From positions 146,535-210,534 of the forward strand of contig NZ_FOLW01000008.1 in assembly GCF_900112475.1 (NCBI RefSeq): 64,000 bases of DNA, written 5' to 3'. Numbering within the stretch: the stretch's first letter is position 1; every line of letters begins with the position of its first letter. This DNA comes from Pragia fontium DSM 5563 = ATCC 49100. Its GTDB lineage: Bacteria; Pseudomonadota; Gammaproteobacteria; Enterobacterales; Enterobacteriaceae. Shown in pieces: positions 47,628 through 56,300 of this stretch. A program made the translations under genes and the position numbers. Under the pieces are notes generated by a model that was given only the letters and a program-made list of their open reading frames with translations, was not told where the DNA came from and searched no databases.

Positions 47628-49079
47628 ATGACGCCACAACGCATATTAGTGCTCGGAGCCAGCGGTTATATCGGGCAAAATCTTATCCCTTATCTGAGTG
47701 CCCAAGGGCATCAAGTTACTGCGGCGGCCAGACGTATTGAATGGCTAAAAGAGCAGCAAATCCCCAATGTCACCTGCCGGTATATTGACCTATTTCAACC
47801 GTCAACGATCCCACCAGTACTGAACAATATTGATGTCGTCTATTATCTGGTTCACAGCATGGGGGAAAAGGCAGATTTCCTCCGCAAAGAAAAAGAAGCG
47901 GCTCAAAATTTACAGCAGGCTCTGCGCTTTTCAAACGTTAAACAGATTATTTTTCTGGGCGCAATTCAGCCTAAGGAAGGCAGTACAACACAACATCTGT
48001 TAGCGCGAAAATTAACCGGTGAAGCACTGCGTGCCAGCGGTATTCCTGTTACCGAATTGCGAGCTGGTATTATTATTGGTGCCGGTTCAGCGGCTTTCGA
48101 AGTGATGCGCGATATGGTTTATAGCCTACCTATCCTCACGCCACCACGCTGGGTTCGCTCCAAGTCTTCTCCTATTGCACTAGAGAACCTGCTGGTTTAT
48201 TTAACCGAAATTCTTAATCACCCATCCAATGAAAATCGCATATTTGACGTTGCTGGCCCGGAGTACATCAGTTATCAAAATATGTTTGAACGGTTTATTG
48301 CTATTACCGGAAAAAAGCGGCTGTTGATTCCGATTCCATTCCCAACACGGCTGATTTCCGTTTACTGGCTCAATATGATTACCACCGTGCCAACGACCAC
48401 GGCGAAGGCGTTAATTGAAGGGCTTAAGCATAATCTTCCCGCAGACTCCGAACCGTTACAGGCACTGATACCGCAAAAGTTGATCAACTACGAAGAAGCG
48501 GTATTAACCACCATGCATAAAGAGCAATCGGCGGTAAACTCTGCCGACTGGGGTTACGATCCTGAAGCCCGAGCCCGCTGGCGTCCCGGCTATGCTTTCT
48601 ATCCTAAACATGCTGGTTACACCCTGCGAACCACCGCCAGCGCCGAAAGTATTTGGCAGGTGATGCAGCAGATCGGCGGAGAGGAAGGTTATTTTTATGC
48701 TAACTATCTGTGGAATATCCGCGGCTGGATGGACGATATCATCGGCGGAGAAAACCACTATGGCAGACCGGATACGCAGGAATTAAAAGTCGGCGACCGC
48801 ATCGACTCATGGCGCGTTATCTCCATCAAACCACTGCGCCAATTAGCAATGCTGTTTGGTATGAAAGCGCCCGGACTTGGACGATTAACGCTGAACATCA
48901 ATGACACCGGCCAATATCGTGAAATTGACGTACGCGCCTGGTGGCACCCTGCCGGATTTGGTGGCCTGCTTTACTGGTTTATTATGATGCCAGCCCATCT
49001 GTTTATCTTTAAAGGCATGGCAAAGCGCATCGCCTTTTTGTCTGAGCAGCTAGACCGCCAAACTGCAAAAAAACCATAA
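47628..49079 (+). CDS. ybjT: NAD(P)-binding Rossmann protein with a C-terminal DUF2867 domain (YbjT)
   Basis: LVLGASGYIGQNL Rossmann motif. 483 aa versus 476 for E. coli YbjT. Confidence 0.8.
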   Translation: MTPQRILVLGASGYIGQNLIPYLSAQGHQVTAAARRIEWLKEQQIPNVTCRYIDLFQPSTIPPVLNNIDVVYYLVHSMGEKADFLRKEKEAAQNLQQALRFSNVKQIIFLGAIQPKEGSTTQHLLARKLTGEALRASGIPVTELRAGIIIGAGSAAFEVMRDMVYSLPILTPPRWVRSKSSPIALENLLVYLTEILNHPSNENRIFDVAGPEYISYQNMFERFIAITGKKRLLIPIPFPTRLISVYWLNMITTVPTTTAKALIEGLKHNLPADSEPLQALIPQKLINYEEAVLTTMHKEQSAVNSADWGYDPEARARWRPGYAFYPKHAGYTLRTTASAESIWQVMQQIGGEEGYFYANYLWNIRGWMDDIIGGENHYGRPDTQELKVGDRIDSWRVISIKPLRQLAMLFGMKAPGLGRLTLNINDTGQYREIDVRAWWHPAGFGGLLYWFIMMPAHLFIFKGMAKRIAFLSEQLDRQTAKKP

Positions 49080-49086
49080 TAAACGC

Positions 49087-49124
49087 ATCTGCCGCACCAT
49101 GAATTTGATGCGGCAGAATTTTAT
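49087..49124. terminator. Bidirectional terminator between the convergent ybjT and amiD genes
   Basis: tctgccgca-(12-nt loop)-tgcggcaga followed by attttat. Confidence 0.7.
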
Positions 49125-49981
49125 CACCGGCGATATTTCTCCAGCAAAGCGTCTAAAATAGCCAAGGTTTCAGCATCAGGATGACCGGAATATTTATCCT
49201 GACGAAAGTGCATTTGAAAGGCCTTAATCACCCGACGAGTTTCATCATCCAGTTGGCCAGTCTCGGGAACTTTATAGCCATATTTCTTTAAATTAACCTG
49301 TAATTCAGCGATATCAATGGATGTTTCTGCTTCGCGTAATCGCTGATAATACTGCACTCGCCCAACATCCGGCCAGGCACCGATTCCCACCTGAGCCAGC
49401 CTGTCCCATGGAAACAGTGGACCAGGATCAATCTTACGCTGAGGAGCAATATCGCTGTGCCCGACCACATTTGCCGGATCAATATGATGACGCTGAATAA
49501 TATCCCACGATAAAGCAATCAATAAATCAATTTGCCGCTCGTTGTAAGGCTCCCAACTGCGTTTATTGCCAACTTTATGATAGCCTGCATTGACTATCTC
49601 AACACCGATGGAAGTATCGTTTAGATTATTCCTGCCTCGCCAAAAACTCGCCCCTGCGTGCCACGCTCGCTGCGCTTCGGGAACCAACTGTAAAACCACC
49701 GGACGACCCGACATCTGTTCCGGTTGATGATTAATTAAATAATGAACGCTTACGTTATTACCGCTCAGAATTCTCAACGAATTCTCATCATTTTCTGCCG
49801 TATAGTGAAAAACCAGAAATTGAACGCGCGACTCCTGCCCTAAAGCAACATGGCTTTCATCAACCCAATAATCACCAGCATCGCGTAAGTTGCTACAGCC
49901 CGAGCAAGTCAGCACCAGCAAACAAAAACATGCCTGAAAGAAAAACTTAACCTGCTTCAATATAATTCCTATCATTAACAT
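49124..49981 (-). CDS. amiD: N-acetylmuramoyl-L-alanine amidase AmiD (zinc amidase_2 plus a C-terminal peptidoglycan-binding domain), lipoprotein
   Basis: …VLTCSGCS lipobox region. Amidase_2 motifs (…HYTAE… / …WHAGAS… / …HSDIAPQRKIDPGP…). Confidence 0.85.
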   Translation of the reverse strand: MLMIGIILKQVKFFFQACFCLLVLTCSGCSNLRDAGDYWVDESHVALGQESRVQFLVFHYTAENDENSLRILSGNNVSVHYLINHQPEQMSGRPVVLQLVPEAQRAWHAGASFWRGRNNLNDTSIGVEIVNAGYHKVGNKRSWEPYNERQIDLLIALSWDIIQRHHIDPANVVGHSDIAPQRKIDPGPLFPWDRLAQVGIGAWPDVGRVQYYQRLREAETSIDIAELQVNLKKYGYKVPETGQLDDETRRVIKAFQMHFRQDKYSGHPDAETLAILDALLEKYRR

Positions 49982-50243
49982 TGATATTATCTGCGTTATA
50001 ACCTAACACTGACTTATTACCAACATATATCAATAACATCCTGAGTTTAATTGGTTAACTTAATTAACATCGTACTCACCATTGATTCGTTTACTAATCA
50101 TACAGTTTGCATAAATTTAATACGCTTATCGATTACCTTTAGGATTAATATCAAATAGTGGTCTAATTTTGCTGTTAAAAGCACCCAAAAACTGATTTAC
50201 TTGAGTAACATTTGTAAAAACACCCGTTTAAGAAAGGACTCTG

Positions 50244-50888
50244 ATGACGCTCTTCTTACAAAACTGTTTATCTTACCCGGTCATTATTTTCAGTGGTTTG
50301 TTATTAATTGTCCTGTTTTATTGGGTCTGTGCCGCCTTTGGCCTGTTGGACATTGATATTCTCAACATTGACAGTCCGGATATGAATATTGACAGCCTTG
50401 ATGCCTCAGCCTTAGCGGGCTGGCTAACCAAGCTCGGCCTTGCCGGTATCCCCCTCACCGTTATTATTACCTTAGTGACGCTCATTGGCTGGCTACTCAG
50501 TTATTTTAGCGTACACCTGATGCTGCGCTGGATAGAGACTGACTTTATTCGCTACTTATTAGGCACAGCCGCTTTCCTACTGATTGCGTTTATCGCCCTC
50601 CTGCTGACTTCAATGTTATTGAAACCATTGCGACCGATACTGGCCAATCATAATAAATCTAAAAGCGTGACCGGACTTATTGGCAAAATCGCTGAAGTTC
50701 GCTCTTCCATTGTCACCCTTCAACGTGGTGAAGCACTGATGGAAGACGGCGGAGGTGGTTTAATCCTACAAATACGCGCCCCGGAAGATGCTGGTATTGT
50801 CAGAGGCGATCGCGTGGTATTAATCCGCTATGATGCGGCAACACATAGCTATGAAGTGGTGAGTGAAACCGAGTTTAATCGGCTATAA
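50244..50888 (+). CDS. YqiJ/NfeD-like inner-membrane protein: multiple TM helices plus a C-terminal OB-fold-like soluble domain. Partner of the flotillin gene
   Basis: 214 aa. Three or four hydrophobic helices, then …TGLIGKIAEVRSSIVTLQRGEALMEDGGGGLILQIRAPEDAGIVRGDRVVLIRYD…, a β-rich NfeD-type C-terminus. Lies immediately upstream of the SPFH gene. Confidence 0.6.
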   Translation: MTLFLQNCLSYPVIIFSGLLLIVLFYWVCAAFGLLDIDILNIDSPDMNIDSLDASALAGWLTKLGLAGIPLTVIITLVTLIGWLLSYFSVHLMLRWIETDFIRYLLGTAAFLLIAFIALLLTSMLLKPLRPILANHNKSKSVTGLIGKIAEVRSSIVTLQRGEALMEDGGGGLILQIRAPEDAGIVRGDRVVLIRYDAATHSYEVVSETEFNRL

Positions 50889-51012
50889 GTCACACCAAAC
50901 AATTTTATTTGTAAACCTAACTATCTGACGGCCCTAAAGTCATTTGGGCTTAGATGAATAGTCAATTAAGTCCTTGTGGGACTCAGGACCCTAACAACAT
51001 GGAGAAACACCT

Positions 51013-53196
51013 ATGGTCATGGCAGATATAATGCCGTTCTTAACCATTATTGCATCGGTCATCATTGTAATTTTGGGCCTTTTTGGATTGTTTAAAGCGT
51101 TTTATATCAAAGTACCACAAGGCACCGCCCTGATCGTCAACGATATGTCATCGCAACCTAAAGTCCATTTTACCGGTGCGTTGGTTTATCCGGTCATTTA
51201 CAAAAAAGAGTTTATGCGCATCTCTTTGCTGACGCTGGAAGTTGACCGTCGTAGTAAAGATGGCCTGATCTGTAAAGATAACCTGCGTGCTGACATCACC
51301 GTTGCCTTTTACCTACGCGTGAATGAAACCACCGAAGACGTGTTAAAAGTGGCCAAAAACATTGGCGTTGAACGCGCATCGGATCATCAGGCGGTTAGTG
51401 CCTTGTTTAGTGCTAAGTTCTCTGAAGCACTGAAAACGGTTGGTAAGCAATTTGAGCTGTACAAGCTGTTTGAAGATCGGCAGAACTTCCGCGATCGCAT
51501 CATCGATGTAATTGGTAAAGATCTGAACGGCTATGCGCTGGAAGATGTCGCGATTGACTACTTAGAGCAAACGCCAAAGAGCTCACTGGATCCGAATAAC
51601 ATCTTCGATTCCGAGGGTATCCGTAAGATCACCGAGATCACCGCGATTCATAATATCGAAACCAACCAGAAAGAGCGCGATCAGGAACTGGCGATTAAAA
51701 AGAAAAACGTGGAAACCCGCGAAGCCAGTCTGGCCCTGGAACGCCAACAGGCCGATGCTGAAGCACGTCAACAGCGTGAAATTGAAAGCATCAGAGCTCG
51801 TGAAGCTGCTGAAACACTGCGCGTTAAAGAAGAAGAACGCCTGAAAGCGGAACAAGCCCGAATTCAAACTCAGCAGGAAATCGAAATCCGCGAAGAAAAT
51901 CGCCTGCGTGAAGTTGAAGTTGCTCAGCAAAACCGTACTCGTGCAGTCACCATCGAAATCGAGAAAGTCACCCGGGCAAAAGATCTGGAAGTGGTTTCTC
52001 GTGAGCGTGAAGTAGAACTACAACGTATTGAAAAAGAAAAAGCGTTGGAAGAAGAGCGCAAAAACATTGCTAACGTTATTCGTGAACGCGTTGCGGTCGA
52101 AAAAACCGTTGCTCAGGAAGAAGAACGAATTAAAGAAGTACGCATGATATCTGACGCCGATCGCCAGAAACAAGTCACCATCATTCAAGCTCAGGCAGAA
52201 GCCGAGCAAGAGTTGGTGCGTCAGGTGAAGCAAGCCGAAGCCGATGAAAACAGTGCTAAACATAAAGCTCAGGAAATCAGCACCATGGCTCAGGCTGAGC
52301 TTGAGGCTGCCGCTAAACAATCCGAAGCCAAAAAACGCATGGCGGAAGGTATCGAGGCAGAGCAGGCCGCTCTGGGTCTGGCAGAAGCCCGAGTCCGTCA
52401 GGCTCAGGCCGAAGCGGAAGAAAAAGAAGGCTTAGTGCTGGCTAACGTCACCGCAGAGAAACTGCTAGCAGAAGCCCGCGGTTCTCAGGAAAAAGGCTTG
52501 GCCGAAGCGAGAGTGAAAGAAGCTCAGGCTGCTGCCGCAGAGAAACAAGGTCTGGCTGAAGCTAAAGTACTGGAAGAAAAACTCACTGCTCAAGCGCGCG
52601 GTGATGAACAACAAGCTCTGGCGAAAGAGAAACTGGGTCTGGTTGATGCCAAAGTATTGGAAGAAAAACTGGTAGCTCAGGCTCGCGGTGAAGGTCAGCT
52701 AGGTTCAGCCCAAGCGGAAGTTGTACGTCAGCGTCTTAAAGCTGAAGCGGATGGTTTAACCGATAAATTTACCGCTATGGGTAACCTGAATACCACGGCT
52801 CGCGAGCACGAAGAGTTCCGTATGCAGTTGGAAAAACACTTTGAGCAAAGCATGGCTTCTATCGCCGCCAATAAAGAAATTGCCAGAGAGCAAGCCGATG
52901 TTCTGGCGGCGGCACTCAGCAAAACCAACATCGATATTGTGGGTGGCGACGGCAGCTTCTTTAATACCTTCTCTAAAGCCCTTAGCGTTGGTAAAGCCAT
53001 TAATGGCGTAGTAGACAAGAGCCCACTGGTACAAGACGTTGTGCAGAAGCTGTTAACCAGCGATAAAGCGGGTCAGAAACTCGATCTGGACGCGTTATTA
53101 CAAAACCCGGAAGTTCAGGCGTTGATTCAGCAATTCACCGCTGCCAAAACGCTACCGGCTGCTGCACCAAAAAATAACTACGATTCACAAGAGTAA
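51013..53196 (+). CDS. Flotillin-like SPFH (band-7) domain protein with an extended EA-repeat coiled coil (YqiK/FloT-like)
   Basis: 727 aa. N-terminal TM anchor (FLTIIASVIIVILGLFGLF), SPFH core (…YIKVPQGTALIV…ISLLTLEVD…DNLRADITVAFYLRV…), then about 400 aa of E/A/K/Q-rich coiled coil. Confidence 0.8.
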   Translation: MVMADIMPFLTIIASVIIVILGLFGLFKAFYIKVPQGTALIVNDMSSQPKVHFTGALVYPVIYKKEFMRISLLTLEVDRRSKDGLICKDNLRADITVAFYLRVNETTEDVLKVAKNIGVERASDHQAVSALFSAKFSEALKTVGKQFELYKLFEDRQNFRDRIIDVIGKDLNGYALEDVAIDYLEQTPKSSLDPNNIFDSEGIRKITEITAIHNIETNQKERDQELAIKKKNVETREASLALERQQADAEARQQREIESIRAREAAETLRVKEEERLKAEQARIQTQQEIEIREENRLREVEVAQQNRTRAVTIEIEKVTRAKDLEVVSREREVELQRIEKEKALEEERKNIANVIRERVAVEKTVAQEEERIKEVRMISDADRQKQVTIIQAQAEAEQELVRQVKQAEADENSAKHKAQEISTMAQAELEAAAKQSEAKKRMAEGIEAEQAALGLAEARVRQAQAEAEEKEGLVLANVTAEKLLAEARGSQEKGLAEARVKEAQAAAAEKQGLAEAKVLEEKLTAQARGDEQQALAKEKLGLVDAKVLEEKLVAQARGEGQLGSAQAEVVRQRLKAEADGLTDKFTAMGNLNTTAREHEEFRMQLEKHFEQSMASIAANKEIAREQADVLAAALSKTNIDIVGGDGSFFNTFSKALSVGKAINGVVDKSPLVQDVVQKLLTSDKAGQKLDLDALLQNPEVQALIQQFTAAKTLPAAAPKNNYDSQE
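52366..52710 (+). repeat. In-frame tandem repeats of about 120 nt (40 aa) encoding alternating GLAEARV(K/R)xAQAxAAEK and GLxxAKVLEEKLxAQARGxxQ units inside the flotillin gene
   Basis: Near-identical nucleotide stretches, for example gctaaagtactggaagaaaaactcactgctcaagcgcgcggtga and gccaaagtattggaagaaaaactggtagctcaggctcgcggtga. EA repeats are a known flotillin feature. Confidence 0.6.
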
Positions 53197-53204
53197 TGAA
53201 TAAG

Positions 53205-53295
53205 CCAGACTACTGCGGTTCACCGCAGTAGTCTGGTCGCTTCATGGCATTAATTAAGATAAGCCTATTATTTCCATGGGCTTATCTTAGTTAAT
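53205..53295 (+). promoter_or_regulatory. Two long stem-loops in the 116-bp flotillin/giant-gene spacer: a 14-bp perfect stem at 53205-53236 and a 15-bp stem with one mismatch at 53251-53295
   Basis: ccagactactgcgg-ttca-ccgcagtagtctgg with no strong U-tract after it. taattaagataagcc-(13 nt)-ggcttatcttagtta ends 18 nt before the giant-gene ATG. Confidence 0.55.
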
Positions 53296-53312
53296 TTCTC
53301 CGTCAATACAGC

Positions 53313-56300
53313 ATGTCGCATGACCAGACAGGACGTTTGCGCCATGATACGGAACCCGAGTTAACGCTTATAAAGTCAACTTCGATCAAGGGAACGTTAA
53401 ACGCCATGTCAGATAGCCAAGTGAATAATCGCGAGCAAGAATTACTGGATAACGCCGTTGCTGAAGGCGGTGCCTATGATATTTTACGTAAGCGTTTATC
53501 TGAACAGGGTCAACAAATACACGACAAAGCGCACCAGCTAAACCAACGCCGTCTGGAAGAGTTTGGCAAAAGCCAGATGGATATCATTGGGCGTATGCGC
53601 ATCCGTACCGAAAATAACTGCGTCGCCCGGGATATTGTACGCGTTGGCGACTGGTTACTCTTCGGCTATAACGTTTTCATTGGACTCAAGAAAGAAACCC
53701 GCATTGAAGACGTATTTTCACTGTATCGACTAAAAGAAGAAAACGGTGAATATGATGTTGAGTCGGTTCCTTTAACCGGCACTTTCCTGAATATCACCAG
53801 CTTCGTTCAAGACTTTAATGAACTGTATACCTATTATAAAAACACCCAGTTACTGCAATTAGTTGAACGTGACGGCAAGCTGCTGGCCAGCTTTCAAATC
53901 GGTGAGCGCATTACCGATATTCGGGTGTTTCGCTGGTCCATTTCCAGTGATAAAACTGAAATAAAATATATTGATAACCGTGGTGAGCGAGATATCGCCC
54001 TGCCCCCGGCCTATGATTTTGAATGGCAAAAAACCACTCGCGAAAATGCGATTAACGGCCGCCATCCACACATGAACATTCTGGATACCGTCTTCGTTGA
54101 AACTATCGGTGGTGACCTGACCATCAAGTGTGAAAACAATACTGAAGATGGACTGGGAATTTACCGTGAGGCGGTGTTAGACAAAACCCAATCGCTGGAT
54201 GATGCACAGATTGAGTATGCCCAAACCGGTAGCCTGATTCTGCTAAAAATTCTGCCTTACCGAGAAGATACCTGGCGGTATCTGGTTTATAACACCATCA
54301 CTCAAACCGTACAGCGTATTGATGCGATTGGTTCTGCCTGTATTCAGCTTCCGGAAGATCACGGTATTATCTTCCCCGGTGGCTATTATCTACAAAGTGG
54401 TGAATACAAAACATTTGACCAGCCGATGGATGGAATGCGTTTCCGTCGTATTCGTCGATCGCCTAATGGCGAAGACGTGATGTATATTTTTTACGAACCC
54501 AATTTCGGTCGATTGGCGTTGTTTAACTACAACATGATTGAACGTAAATTGCAGAATCCGCTATTCGGCCATGGTTATGCCATGCTGGAAGATGGCCGTA
54601 TGGTTCTGTTTGAAGGTCAATCAGATGAGCCAACGCGTATTCACCCGATGCAGGTTTGGCAAACGCCATTCTATTCCGATGAATTTGCTGCGCTACAGCC
54701 GGCTAACAATAGCTTCTTTGGACGCATTGGCAACGCCGAGCTGGTACGCGGAATATCCGACCTCTACCATATTGCCAAAGAGATTGAACAGCAGCAGATA
54801 TCTTCACAGCTGTATGAAAAACTGTGCCAAGACGCTCGCCGACTGATCGATCTTTATTACTGGCTCAATGATGAACACAGCCTGAATGCCACTATTCTGC
54901 TGAAAGAAATCGCCAACACTGGCGAACTGGTACTGGATGAATACGAGAAAGTAGAAAGTATTCGTCGTCAGTCAACCAGAGCCATGAATGAGGCCACATC
55001 GCGTCAGAAACAGCTCTTGTCTCTGATGTTGCCTGACAGTTGGCATAACGCCCAGCAGTTTGTTGATGCGCTGAATGATCTCAGCGTGCAACGAGGTCAT
55101 CTGATTACCCTGCGCGACTACCGCTATATTGATTTGTCTCGTCTTGATGAGATGGAACAACAATTGGCTGAAAGTCAGGAACGCATCTCATTGGCTACGG
55201 CGGAGTTCCTTGCCAGCGAGCAAGCCCTGCAACCGTTCACCGATCAATTGCAGGCGTTAGATAAGCAAACTCAGGCCGCCGCCAACAGTTCACAACTGGT
55301 TGAGCCGATGGCCGGCATGGACAAGATGTCTGCTGATTTGGATATGCTCTCGAATTTGATGGCTTCACTAAAGTTCGAAGACACCACACAGCAAACCCAT
55401 ATCATCGAGGCGATTTCAGAAATCTATGCCCGCCTGAATCAGGCGCGAGCACGTTTACAGCAGCGCCGTAAAGAACAGAGTTCGGTGGAGTCTGTCGCCC
55501 AATTTGGCGCTCAATTTAAACTTTTCAGCCAGAGCATTACCAATGCGCTGACGCTGGCGACGGATCCTGAACGCTGTGACGAACAGCTCTCGCGTCTGCT
55601 GGTGCAGTTGGAAGAACTGGAAACCCAATTCAACGAACACGAAGAATTCCTCAATGACATTCTAAGCAAACGCGAAGAAATGCTGGAAACCTTCGAAACC
55701 CATAAGCAATCGCTACTGGATGAACGTCAACGCAAGTCACAGAATTTACAGGTTGCCGCTGAACGGCTGCTGGATAGCCTACAGCGCCGAACGGCCAAGT
55801 TCACTACTCTTGATGAGCTAAATGCGTTCTTTGCTTCCGACCCCCTGTCATTAAAAACCCGGGAAATTGTCGAGCGTTTACGCGCACTCAAAGACAGCGT
55901 TAAAGCTGACGATATTGATGCCAAATTTAAGGCTGCCCGCGATCAAGCGATTCGCAGCCTGCGCGATAAATCCGAAATATTTGAAGACGGTGGTAACGTA
56001 ATTAAACTGGGTCCGCGCCATCGTTTCAGTGTCAATACACAGGAACTGGATCTGACCATTTTGCCAAGAGGCGATCGACTATATCTGCACCTGACGGGTA
56101 CGGATTATCAAGAGCCTATTGATAGCCCTGAATTAGAAGCCCTGAAAGAGTACTGGCAAATATCGCTGGAGTCAGAATCGCCGGATATTTACCGGGCCGA
56201 GTATCTGGCCTACTCACTAATTTACGCCGCCAGCAAAGAATTGGATGGACTGAGCCTCGAGAACCTAAAAGCGCTGGTTAATAAACCAGAAGCGCTAGAA

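Noticed and set aside
51583-53034. Antisense ORFs of 92-115 aa (51583-51930, 52018-52320, 52728-53034) opposite the flotillin gene
   Set aside because: They are the complement of the repetitive EA coiled-coil coding region, where a GAA/GCT-rich sense strand gives stop-poor antisense frames. They have no independent signals.
53205-53236. Treating the 14-bp hairpin after the flotillin gene as a standard rho-independent terminator
   Set aside because: The stem is followed by tcgcttcatgg rather than a U-tract. I recorded it as a regulatory or structural RNA element instead.
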